Shown: positions 13,161 through 24,326 of the stretch, piece by piece
Numbering within the stretch: the stretch's first letter is position 1
Layout: every line of letters starts with the position of its first letter
Source: the human T2T-CHM13v2.0 reference genome, Homo sapiens
Reading direction: 5' to 3' (one strand)
Assembly: GCF_009914755.1 (NCBI RefSeq)
Contig: NC_060933.1
Length of the DNA stretch: 64,000 bases
Notes under the pieces: generated by a model
Told to the model about the DNA's origin: nothing
Database searches by the model: none
What the model saw: the letters and a program-made list of their open reading frames with translations, nothing else
Made by a program: the position numbers and the translations under genes

Positions 13161-15555
13161 CTCTTTTAAGAATAAAATGTCTATTAAAATAAACTTTGTA
13201 TAAAAGTATTACAGATCAAAAGCTGTATTTATACGTATTGATTTGAGGTCCAATTATGCATCAAACCCTGAATGGGCCCAGCAAGTAAACTGGACACACA
13301 AACACTTAGATTCCACCTCTACTAAACAATTTGATTAACGCAAAACCGGAGGGGCGTAGCAACACAGGAAATCTGCCCAGAAACTAATTTGGCAGAGATG
13401 TGAAGTTAAACTGTTGAAAGTTACAAATTTCCAAAAAGGCATTTCTTTCTCATGATAAAAGTGCTTAAAACCTAAACATGAACCCTGTGCCTAGCTTATT
13501 TCTTCAACAAATGCAAAGAGCTATAGACTATTAATATCAAGTTTCCACACAAAATGGCCCAAGAATTTATTTGAAATACCTTACTTATGAACTGAAATAA
13601 ACTTGGCAAACTACAATTATGTTAAAGTATTATACCAAAAATTCAAATCAGCCTACTCCTGAAGTTTCACCATTGCAATTTCCAGAGATGTCTTTTCTAT
13701 CCTAATGTTACATATAACATTGCCCGTAAACCTTTGGATCATGATTGTGTAAGCTGGATGCACCATTTAACCTTAGGGCAGAAGAAATTAGCAGCAACTA
13801 AATCTCAACTGTGACAACTTGTATAACAAGCACAATACCTGGAATATTCTCATGAGAGGCATCTTAAGTAATATACTACACTCTGCGGCAATTACCTAAT
13901 TTTTACACATGATCTTAAGACTTTTGTGCCTTGATTCTATTAAAAATGTCAACTAGCATGAACACTAAATCATACCCATTGTTTTTGAGTAAACAAGTTC
14001 TCTGAAATTTAATAGATCTAGTTAATATTGCTACAGTATGTCTAAAAGCTTAGGTTTTATGAGTGGATTCCAGGGCTATTTCAACACCAATAGAATCAAA
14101 TACGCTTTCATAAAATTGTCATTTAAAAATAATTCAGGAACTAAGCAGTGGGAGAGCACCACTAGGGGCATGGTTATGATGTGGGGGTTGGTGGGAAACA
14201 GAGAAGAAACTGCAGAGAGCAAAGTATAACTAGCAATATGCTTTCTATGATATTCCAGAAACATGTGTGTCTAGTGAGATTAACTTGATTGGAGTTTCTT
14301 ATACAATAGACTGATCACTGAGATTCTTAACTCAGGTTTCAATCAATGACAAAATCGAAAATGTTAACAAGAGATTTTAGAAATGGATGGCAGGCTGTGA
14401 ATTTTGCAGATATTATGCTTGCATTTCAAATTCCTCTTTCAGACTTTTCAAGTAAGCGTGCACATTCCCAGGGCCAGGATATTTGGCGAAATACACCAGG
14501 ATATCAGTTGCACACCGTCAGTCTTGCTGCCGGCAGAAACTGCAGTTGTAGATTTCTCAACAAGGTGGGCAATGCCACTAGAGCATGCCTGACCTCTTCA
14601 GCATAAGAGTTTGGAAGGCAGGAGCCGCAGACTTAGCCTTGAATGCCCTAGCAGTCTGGGTTTCTGCAGTTTGTTTTGGTAGCAATAGTTTTCTGACACC
14701 ATTGATAACAAGTAGAGCCCAGGGAATCGTTATATATCTTCTTTGGAGAGTTGCTGCAGTTGGCCTCCAACCCTTCCTCTGTGATTTCTTCCCCTGGGTG
14801 GATTATATGCAGAAGGGTCATGGATGAGCTGGAGCGGCGAATTCTGGGCGTGTCATCTTCCTTCATGCAGCCATCCACTGTCTTGCTCCTTCTCACCAAC
14901 GTGTCCTTATCCTCTTCTTCTTCCTCTTCTTACTCCTCCTCCATGAGTAGAGCGCCAAGGGACCAGGGGACTTGGTGAGAAGAGGAGCACTCTGTTCAGG
15001 GTTTCTCCTGGAAGCAACATCCGGGAATGTACGCCTTGGGGATGTCCTTGATTGTGAGTTGGAGCCTGGGAGGGAACGTCTTCTAAGGAACAAGCCAGGG
15101 AAGCTTTCTCACTCTGACATGCGTTTTCCAGGCATTGCTTTGTTTTGCTTTATACTGAAAGCCTTTTTCTCCAAAAAAATTCATGCCACCTTTATCTTCT
15201 GAATCGGAACTGGAATTGGTTCCAGAATTCTCTGAGGGTTCGGGGAGGGGGCTCTGCTTTTTTGTTGGCTGCTCCCTTGGTATTTCGCGCTGGAAGCTTC
15301 ATCACCACCCTGAGAGGTTGAGTGTCTGCACTGGGTGCGGGTCCTACAGCCTTCTCAGACTCACTGGGAAGCCTTATGTTTGCAAAATTATCGGCAGCGA
15401 CGCCATCACAACTGTCATCAGAGCGTGACTAGGTTTCCATGGAAATCAATTTCACATATATGAATTTCTCTAAGTTCTTTAATCAGATCCTTTTGCAGCA
15501 CGCCGCGAGTGTTCATACTGGCGGCAGGCGCCTAGGCCGGCTTGGAGCAGGGAGC
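13161..15555 (-). pseudogene. CDCA7: Processed pseudogene of CDCA7 (zf-4CXXC_R1 protein); CDS remnant 15516..14413 plus short 5' UTR and about 1.25 kb 3' UTR
   Basis: Minus-strand translation matches CDCA7: MNTRGVLQKDL start, [51 protein letters not shown]-terminus [17 protein letters not shown] (TAA at 14413-14415). No introns; frameshift near codon 12; in-frame TAG at 15429-15431; more stops in the zinc finger; decayed A-tail at 13161-13167; TSD cattttctt at 13152-13160 and 15556-15564. Symbol is the parent gene. Confidence 0.95.
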
Positions 15556-15564
15556 CATTTTCTT

Positions 15565-15873
15565 TTTCTTTTTCTTTTTTTTGGGGGCGCGGGGGACGGA
15601 GTCTCGCTCTGTCGCCCAGGCTGGAGTGCAGTGGCCGATCTCGGCTCACTGCAAGCTCCGCTTTCCCGGGTTCACACCATTCTCCTGCCTCAGCCTCCCT
15701 AGTAGCTGGGACTACAGGCGCCCGCCACCACACCCAGCTAATTTTTGTATTTTTTAGTAGAGACGAGGTTTCACCATGTTAGCCAGGATGGTCTCGATCT
15801 CCTGACCTTGTGATCCGCCTGCCTCGGCCTCCCAAAGTGCTGGGATTACAGGTATGAGCCACCGCGCCCGGTC
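15565..15873 (-). mobile_element. AluY, full length
   Basis: Y diagnostics gcaagctccg and ttagccaggatggtctcgatc; TSD cagggagccattttctt (15548-15564) / cagggtgccattgtctt (15874-15890). Confidence 0.93.
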
Positions 15874-16144
15874 CAGGGTGCCATTGTCTTATGCTTGACA
15901 TTTATTTCTCCAAAATAACTGATGAACCCAGTTGTCTTCTCAGCATTGTGGGTTCACCTTTAACTCTTTATTCTACTTCAGCCCCAGACTTGCTCAGTTA
16001 GCAAGTCCACACCCCTCTTTGGATGCACTGGCTGGAATTCCTTACCTAGATTCAACCACCACCCTCTGCCCTCTGATTTAGGCCAGAAGTCATCGAACTA
16101 ATCTCTGTGAGCCAGATCCCCACACCCTTAATATCTGGTTTCAT

Positions 16145-16375
16145 AAGACTGTTAATAAGTGCAAGTGTTGCTCTGAATATACCACAAATATTAATTTACT
16201 TAATCCTCCAAATATTTAATAGCTTGGTGAGGTGAGAACTATTATTATTCCCATTTTGAAGGTGAGGACACAGGTTAAGTGACTCACCCAGGGTCACGGA
16301 CCGAGAAAATGGTGGAGCCAGGATTCAGAGAGAGCCTACTTGGCTCCAAAGCTCGTACCCTTAACCACCATGCTA
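16145..16375 (-). mobile_element. MIR SINE
   Basis: tattattattcccattttgaaggtgaggacacaggttaagtgactcacccagggtcac...ggagccaggattc...ccttaaccacca. Confidence 0.75.
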
Positions 16376-18711
16376 CGATGGAACTCCTTTTCTGAAATAC
16401 TGTTTTCATGATGTTTCTTTCCTGCTTCAAAACCTGTAATGGCTTGTTTACTTTTAGGAGGAATTGCAGGCTCTGGGGTCTGATAGAAAGCTGTCCATTA
16501 AGTGATCCCACTTATCCAGCTTTGCCTTTCATGCTCCTCACCGGGGCCCCTCTCCTATCACCCAACTTGCCTCCTCCCAGAGATCTTCCTCAGTGCTGGA
16601 AGCTGTGCCTTCTATCACCATTCCCTATTTCTCTTTGCCGGGCTCAGCCGGGGCCACCTTACAGTAATTTTTTTTTCTCTGAATTCCTGTAAAATTTGAA
16701 GTCTATGTTCGCTAATGTAATAATGGATTAAAATGTGCTTTGGGTTTTTTTTTTTGAGCTGTTTCAAGGACTATGTCTTATATCGTTAACTGGCTCTAAA
16801 AGTTCTTTAAGGCAAGAGCCAGATATTCTAAATAAATCTAAATTTTTCTTATCTCTAACATGATAAAGAATTCCTAAACTCTTGTCTCGTTCTATAGTTT
16901 TGTCATGTTTCTGGCTGTGTTAGAACATGCAGCAAAGCTCTGGGAAGAAATACGTCCTTAATAAATATCAGTAGGTTTGACTCGTCCTGAAATCCTGTGA
17001 AATAAACCAAAGAAGAGAATTTCTGCCATTTGATTAGGGATTTTGGAAGCGTAGAGTCATTGTAGGTTTTAAGCTCCTATTTCCCATCATGGAGAAATGA
17101 AAGATGAAAATCACTGTGTTGAATGAACTTATCAGTCACTCAGCATCCCTATGTAGTTTCAACAGCTTTGTCAACAGCTCAGGGGAGCAGGACTGGTTAT
17201 TCTTTGAGCAGGGAAGTCCTTTATTACATCAGGAAGGTGCGTCAGACTTAAGGCAGCCCAATCTCAGGAGGTGAACTGGAAAAATGGATAGGATTCAGTA
17301 GGTAGGCGGGCCATGAGGTGAGCCTATTTGATTGGCTGCCTCCAGAATTAGACTATAGGGTGAGTAGGAGAGTGGCCAATGGGAAACAAATAAGGAATGC
17401 AAGAGAGATGCCATTTTGAGGTAGACCCAGAGGTAGAGGTAAAGAGAGAGAGAAAGAAAGATTGAGAACAGGGAGGATAGCCATGCTGAGAGCTACATTC
17501 ACTGTAGCTTTTTATTCCAGTTCTGGTCCTTGTATTTTCTTTGGATATACATCCTTCTTATCATTAAATTCATGTAATTAGCCATATGATATTTGGATTA
17601 CACAAATCTGCCAGCACAAATAGCACTTTGCCTTAAAAACAAAATAAAATTATCTTTTCCTTAGAGATATCTCTTCAGCATCTTGTATCTTCAATTAATT
17701 GTAGTTCAAGAGAAAAAATTTTATTAGATGTTTTCTTTTTCTTTTAAACTCAAGTGTTTTAGGATAAGACTTCAAAGGATCTTACAGGGGGAAAAGTACC
17801 ACAACTCATACATTATAAAGAAAAAAGGATTTTGTTTTTAAAACAATATCTTATGTAATTGGGAGCCAAGTGAACTTAATTACCATGTGAATAATTCAGA
17901 GAGGCAAATTAACCACAATAAAAATAATTTCAGTCCATGATGGACCTTTATATTCATGCAACTCAAATGACATGACCCTGGAAGAGTGAACTTAAGGTTC
18001 TGAAATCTGATTGTTGCATCAGGAAATATTTGTTGACCACCTTCTGTGTGTCCCTACCCTAAATTACCCTAAAGGATTTTGGAAATGTAGTGTTCTTATT
18101 GCCTTGGTTCTGTCCACCCATTTCCACTGGGGCAGGCCTACAAGCCTTCCTTTCAACCTGTACTTTTCCTCAATCCCACTCATCTTCCCTGCAACCCTTC
18201 TAGTCTCCACACCGGAGGACAGAAGAAAGAAGCATCAAGATGGCAGGAATGTAACTTGTCACTTTCAGGCAGGGTTGAAGCTGCATGGCAGCACTCCAAT
18301 GAATTGAATTCAGTAGTATCTGTGGTGGGGGTGTCCTTGTAATAGGCCTCATGCCAGACTCTTCAAGGAATTCAAAGAAACTAGAACACTACCGTGTTTT
18401 CAAATAATAATATCTTATCAAATGGTCTTCCCTTCATTGGACAACAGGTCTGCTTACAAATCATTGGAATTCAAAACACAGGACATGTGCTTTATTAATG
18501 GCCCAAAGATCAGCAAGAGGAAGATGAGGAGCAGACATGGAAAAGGATCCCTGAAGGTAAAGAATTTCAGGTTGATCTCTGAATCAAAAGGACAGACTCT
18601 TCATAGTTCAGGGTGAAGTCAGGTAGGAGGATGTACACAAAGTAAAACAGGGAAAGTGTCTGGAGGTAGAGAAGTACAGGCACAAATAAGCAAGTGTGTG
18701 TTTTGTAAAAT

Positions 18712-19082
18712 TTGAAGATCTTCGGATGAGCAGACACAGCACACTGACACATGATGAGAGGCAGAATTCTTTGTTACTTACAGCTCCAAATTAGAGGAGG
18801 CTGCCGCACAGGCCCATGCGCAGGACTGTACTAGGGAACAGGCTAACAGCAAGCAGGAGCTACAAAAGGCAGCTTATGTACGGCAAACAGGGTAGGGGTA
18901 GTTAGGTTTTTGGGACTTACTAGGGATTGGCTAATTTGAATAATTAATTACACAGCTCTAGAGCATAGAGGCTGTTCCTAGTTGTTTAGTATCTGGTACA
19001 GGAGTGTGAAAGCTCCCTAAACAGGGGCCTCTGTGAGATTATTCTTAATGGCACCAGAGAGTAGGAACCTGATAAGAGAAGC

Positions 19083-19114
<32 letters not shown>

Positions 19115-19165
19115 TCCTCAGAGGGGAATTGAGAGTTTTTAGCCATGACTTCAAAACTGGGTCAA
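18712..19165 (-). mobile_element. ERVL LTR of the MER54/MER73/MER74 group (tentative)
   Basis: gattggctaatttgaataatt...ctctagagcatagaggctgttcctagttgtttagtatctgg resembles this group; contains a poly(T) run at about 19084-19113. Confidence 0.45.
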
Positions 19166-20086
19166 GACAGCCCTTGTGAAAGATTACATTTTGGAGAATG
19201 TAAGTGCACTGCACTTAGCTTGGGGGTGGATATGTGGGAAAGCATGAGTTAGGGCATTAGTTTATAAAATTAGATTGAGACCAGATCTTGGGGAGCCCTG
19301 GATCTCTTGTTAATAAACGCTGCACCCACAGTGGTAGAGAAATGCGATCTTTTGAGGAAATAAAGATATCATGGGAGAATATACATAAGGAGATGTGCTA
19401 TATTTACCAATATTTTCTCATGACATTTACCTTAATAATGGGTATATTAGGGATACAAATATTATGTGGGATTCTCTAACCCCAGAGGATTTATTTGATC
19501 AATGAAGACAGAAAATGTTAAAGCAAAAGTGTAACAAATTGAAGATTTTATGACTACTATATACTTGTGTTGAGATATAGTTATAAGGAGAGAATTCTCA
19601 TCTGAGAGTCTCACAACTAATTTCTGAATATGAAAATCATATATACCAAATGGAAAAACTGTTCACTTAATTTTGGTGGTCCTATTTGAAAATTAGCATG
19701 TTAAAGTCCATTGAGCATCCATATTTCTAGATAAAGTTGTGAAATAATAATTCTCATAAAGGCAAAGGGAAGTTCTGGAAAATATGGAAGGTATTGATTA
19801 ATGCTAATATTTATTCTAAGGAGATGAAATGCAAATTTTAGTGCAACTAAAGCATATGTCATAGGTGTAATGATGTACCATCAAATATCTCCATTCTGGA
19901 CCACATATGTTCATTCCCTCAACTACTGCAGATGACTCATAAGTGAGCCTCTCTCAAGGACTTGTCCTTGGCCTAAGGGAGCTGCCTCAACCAATGTTAG
20001 ATCCCTGTCCAGAGGCAACTTCCATCCAATGACTGGTTGATGTAGAACTACAAAGGCCTGTCCCCTCTGCCTCATTTGGGGGAATA

Positions 20087-21144
20087 ATGACCAATATTAT
20101 GGATCAAGTTGACTGGGCCACAGGGTGATGAGATATTGGATTAGGCATTTTTTTCTGGGTGTGTCGGGGAGGGTGTTTCAGGGTGAGATTAGCATTTAAA
20201 TGTGTGGACCCAGTCTTCTCCTGCCCTCAGATGAGAACTTACACCATTGGCTCTCCAGGTTTTCAAGCCTTCAGACTAGGACTGTGAAACTGCCTTTGAA
20301 AAATTACAACAGTGAGAAAATTGCGAAATCTGATCTAACCAACCTCAATCTTGCTTTTTACCTCCAAACTGCCCTTAATCATTCTTGTGCTTAGGCCAAG
20401 CTAACTTTGGGAGACATTTAGTTTACAGTTTAAATGGTAACAGCCCTTCCCTAAAACTAAACTGCCTTTGTAAAGCTAATGAAAGACCACCAAGTTAGGA
20501 GGATGTGAGAAGCCTGAATTCTGCTAAGGTGTAGACATAAATAAATGGTGATTAACCATTATTCCAGAAGTTGCATGATACACAACTTCCCCAAGTACTC
20601 CTGCAGATAACATCACTATTGTAGAATCTAAAATTGGCCTTTTGAGATGTCTCTTCCGGTTTTTGCATTTTTGACAATGATGGCTCCACTCAGACCAGCC
20701 AACAAGTCTTGTGGCCCCATCTAGAAGAGGACCAATTTCCACTCCCTCATTCCCTTGCCCACCAAACTATCCTTGAAAAACCCTAGACTCTGAATTTTGG
20801 GGAAGATTGGTTTGAGTAATAACTCAATGTCTACCACGTGGCAAGGCTGGCCCCATGTCAATTAATCTCTTTCTTTATTATAGTCCTATGATCTCAGTGA
20901 ATTGGTTTCCTCTGTGCAGTGGGCAGGAAGAACCTATCAGCAATTACAACTGGATATTATAGCATTGGCTCTTTTGAATTTTCAGCTTGCAGGTGGTAGA
21001 TTGCAGGACTTCTCAGCCTCCACAGTCACATGAGACAATTCCTATAATAAAACACACACGTGCACGCACACTCTCTGTGTGCCTGCACGTGTGTGTGTGT
21101 ATTTTTTTCCTAGTTCTAGTGCTCCTGGTGAAATGGGCTAACAC
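20087..21144 (+). mobile_element. MLT2 (MLT2D-like) ERVL LTR, split by LTR8A
   Basis: tcaagttgactgggccacaggg...tgagattagcatttaaat (left); cagcttgcaggtggtagattgcaggacttctcagcctccac...ctaacac (right). Confidence 0.75.
20285..20948 (+). mobile_element. LTR8A-like ERV1 solo LTR
   Basis: tgaaactgcctttgaaaaattacaacagtgagaaaatt...ggcaggaagaacctatcagcaattaca; 4-bp TSD actg at 20281-20284 and 20949-20952. Confidence 0.85.
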
Positions 21145-21429
21145 TTCTGTTGATTTCATCCTACCCGCTGCCTCTTTCTGCTTTTTTTCCTGTGCTCAAT
21201 CCTGCCTCCTTCATTCTTCTTGGGTCAAAAGTCCTTAAAGCACTCCCCAGTAAACTCTGCACCCTAATCTCTATATTACAGTCTATTTCACAAGGAATTC
21301 AACCTGTAACACTATGTATCAATAGAATGATTAAATAACTTCAGAAAGAATGAATGCCTTCTATAGGACTAAATCTCCTTTTATTCCAAATTGAAAGATG
21401 AGTCATGAAAAAAAGAACATGTATAAGTT

Positions 21430-21950
21430 TTTCAAAATTTTATCTATCCTTTAAAATAAAAAAGTTCCAATGATATTTGAATTACTGCAGACCATAGAAA
21501 AGGAACAAAATCTTCCTGACTCTATAATGTTAGCATAGCTTTAATACAAAGAAAAGACAAAAATAGTTTTCTATATAAATATAGTTACAAAAATTCTGTA
21601 TAGTATATAGCTACTGATTCCAGCTGTATAGTAAAAGAACAGTGTAGCACGACCTAGTAGAGTTTATTCTAAGACCATAAGGATGGTTCAATATTAGGAA
21701 TCTATCAATGTAATATATCAACACATTAAATTTAAAAAGCTGATGATTATATCAACAGATGCCTAAAAGGTATCATAAAATTCAAAAGTTATTTCTAATA
21801 AAAATTCCAAGTAATTCAGAAATAAACTATTTAGAAATGATAGATTTTTTTTTTTTTTGGCCAAAATTCAACAGTAAACATGATAAAAAAAAAAACAACA
21901 ACTATGAAATGCTGGAGCTATTTCCATTAAAATGAGAACTGATTTGTCAT
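21430..21950 (+). mobile_element. Old L1M ORF2 fragment
   Basis: aaggatggttcaatattaggaatctatcaatgtaat...atgattatatcaacagatgcc resembles the L1 RT region GWFNI..KSINV..HMIISIDA; heavily decayed. Confidence 0.6.
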
Positions 21951-22569
21951 TAAACATAATGTGTAGTGAAGTTGATCACACCTTTCAACCCCCACTGGTC
22001 TAGGACATTCCCCCGGTGTGGCAATTGCAAGAATGTATTTAAACATCATTGTCCCATTTGATTGTGACTTCCTAGAGGCAGGTATATGCCTTACAAATTT
22101 TTATATCCTTAGTTTCTGACACAATTTCTGGCACAACAATTTCTTAAAGACATGAACAATTTAATATATAGAGAGTACAAAAGAAAGTACAGTAGAATTT
22201 TGTACTTTATAAGAGGCCATTTTTCCTTTCTTACGAGAGGATTGTGTCACTTTGATTTACGTATGGGATGCTGAGCATAATTTGCAAAAACTGTTTCCAA
22301 AAAGTGCAACAAAGAATTATATCTGAATTGAGGTTCAAAGACTGATGAGCCCAAATATTTTCATTTTTAAAATTATGTTGTGTCTTCTTCAGATTTTAAA
22401 ATCTCAGTTTCATCATGATCATTTTTAAACTCTTTTTATGATTTTTCTAGGTTTATCCATTATATCTAGACGTTGAGCTGTGAACTGCTTAGAAATAAAG
22501 TAGTGTAAGTTTATAAAGTAGCTTAAGATTATATACCTTAGAAACCACAAGATTAAAAACCAACAAACA

Positions 22570-22595
22570 GGCTGGGCATGGTGGCTCATGCCTGT
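22570..22595 (+). mobile_element. Isolated 26-nt Alu 5' head
   Basis: ggctgggcatggtggctcatgcctgt preceded by A-rich sequence, then abrupt loss of Alu similarity. Confidence 0.75.
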
Positions 22596-22737
22596 TCTTT
22601 TCCTGCTGATGCTGTGTGTTTCTCAAGGATGTCCTTTGGAGGCAACAAGGAAACAAAAAGCCATGTTCTTATATACAACCAATCTAATTAAGGGGTGACT
22701 TAAAGAAGTAAACATTTTCTTTCATTTCTCCCTCTCT

Positions 22738-22945
22738 TATCTACTTACCTACCTACCTACCTATGTATCACATCTATTATCACATCTATTGTATGTGTGT
22801 ATGTATGTATCTATTATCATTTACCTATCTGCCTACCTGCCTACTACTTACCTATCATATCTATTGCATCTATCTATCTATCTATCTATCTATCATCCAC
22901 CTACCTACTTACTACCTATTATATCTTTTGCCTATCTATCTATTT
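22738..22945. repeat. Compound (CCTA)/(TCTA)/(TGTA) tetranucleotide STR
   Basis: Seen directly; creates the spurious ORF 22763..23239. Confidence 0.9.
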
Positions 22946-22949
22946 TTGA

Positions 22950-23420
22950 TCTGGCTAACCTTTAACCTCACCCTATTGCTTTTGAATAACAGCACCCTGT
23001 TTTTCCTTGAGGAATCCACCTGCTTCCCCTGCCAGCCCATGTGGTTGAGTGAGGCTGAATGTCCACTTCAACTTCAGGAGAGGGCATGGGATCCAGGTCT
23101 GGTTAGTGAGAGGAATTCCTGGAATTTCGACTGGAGTGACCAGGAAGAGGCACTCTCATCTAGGCTTGCTAAATTGGAAGAGTTTAAGCTTGGGGCTGCT
23201 GGTGGCCATCTTGTCATCACAAATGGAGAAATTATGTGAACGTGAACCTAAACATAGAGGAAAAGGAATTGAGTGATAAAAGGAGATTTGTGACGAGACC
23301 ACCTGAGGACTTAAATTCAACCGGGCTCGAAACTAGGCCGACAGGCATGAACCAATAAATTCTCTTTAAATAAAAATCAGTTTGAGAGGGGGCTTCTTTC
23401 ACCTGCAACTAACACCATCT
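22950..23420 (+). mobile_element. Old MaLR LTR (MLT1K/L-like)
   Basis: ggggctgctggtggccatcttgtcatcac...atgaaccaataaattctc...cagtttgag...ttctttcacctgcaac. Confidence 0.55.
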
Positions 23421-23429
23421 AACAGGGAC

Positions 23430-24140
23430 ACCTAATGCAGTCCAGGGGAGTGAGAGAAGGCTCCTGAGAAAGTGATATCTAAATTATCTCCCAAAGGAAG
23501 TGAGGCGAAGGAGTTGGAGGGTGCTTCTGGTGGAGAGTGCTTTCTGGGGTTGAAAGAGAGCACAACTTGAAGAACTGAAAGCTGTTCTGTCTGGTTGGTA
23601 CACATAGTGCAAGAAGAAAAGGAGGAAAAAGCATGCCAAGGGGGCAGGAGAGAGACCTGCAGGAGTTAGAATATAGAGGCTTTTGAAATTGACCGAGTGG
23701 TGGAAAGGAAGGAGGAGTCAAGGAAGACACTGAGATTTCTGGCTTGGGCACCTTTGGGCAAGGGCCGAAGGTGGTGCTGAGCAGAAATCACAAGAGGAGG
23801 AAATTTTCAAAAGAAGATGAATTCAGCATTGGAGAATTTGTGTTTGAGACATTTGGCATATTTGAGGGAAAATATGGAATAGGCTGTGGATATTCTGGTC
23901 TTAGGTCAGGAAAATGAGAGTCGTGCTAGAGATATAAATTTGAAAGATGTGGTATAAATAAAGCTATGATTGTAGATAAGATATTTTGGAGTCAATGTGC
24001 TAGGTAAGAAAAAAAGGCTTGATTATAACCCTGAGAAACGCCAATAATTAAGAGATGGATGGAGGAGAAATATTTATGAAGGGCATGAGGAGAACAGAAA
24101 TCACCTTAAAAGGACCCCAAAAAGAATTAACCAGAAGGAC
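23430..24140 (-). mobile_element. L2 fragment
   Basis: gagtcaaggaagacactgagatttctggcttgggca...gatgaattcagcattgga...gctagagatataaatttga. Confidence 0.65.
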
Positions 24141-24146
24141 AGAAGA

Positions 24147-24326
24147 GGCCAGGCATAGTGGCTTATGTTTGTAATCCCAGCACTTTGGGAGTCTGAGACA
24201 GGAGGATTGATTGAGGCCAGGAGCTTGAGGCTGTAGCGAGCCATGATCATGCCACTGCACTCTAGCCTGAGGGACAGAGGGAGACCCTATCTCTAAAAAA
24301 AAAAGAAAGAAAGAAAGAAAGAAAAC
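24147..24326 (+). mobile_element. Monomeric Alu (FRAM-like) with A/(GAAA)n tail
   Basis: Single monomer ggccaggcatagtgg...gagaccctatctctaaaa; TSD gaaggacagaaga (24134-24146) / gaagggcagaaga (24327-24339). Confidence 0.85.

Larger units (their letters stand above)
19866..21311 (+). mobile_element. LTR16-family ERVL LTR, split into about 19866-20086 and 21145-21311 by nested insertions
   Basis: ggcctaagggagctgcctc...catccaatgactggttgatg in the left part; gcactccccagtaaactctgcac...aaggaattcaacctgtaaca in the right part. Confidence 0.65.

Noticed and set aside
14346-15428. Cluster of ORFs on both strands as a possible active gene
   Set aside because: Minus-strand ORFs are broken pieces of the CDCA7 pseudogene (stops and frameshifts); plus-strand ORFs are its antisense shadow
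19084-19113. Long poly(T) run as a solo poly(A) retro-insertion
   Set aside because: No flanking target-site duplication visible; more likely slippage within the LTR
22763-23239. 158-aa hydrophobic ORF
   Set aside because: Made of a TCTA/CCTA STR running into an MLT1 LTR
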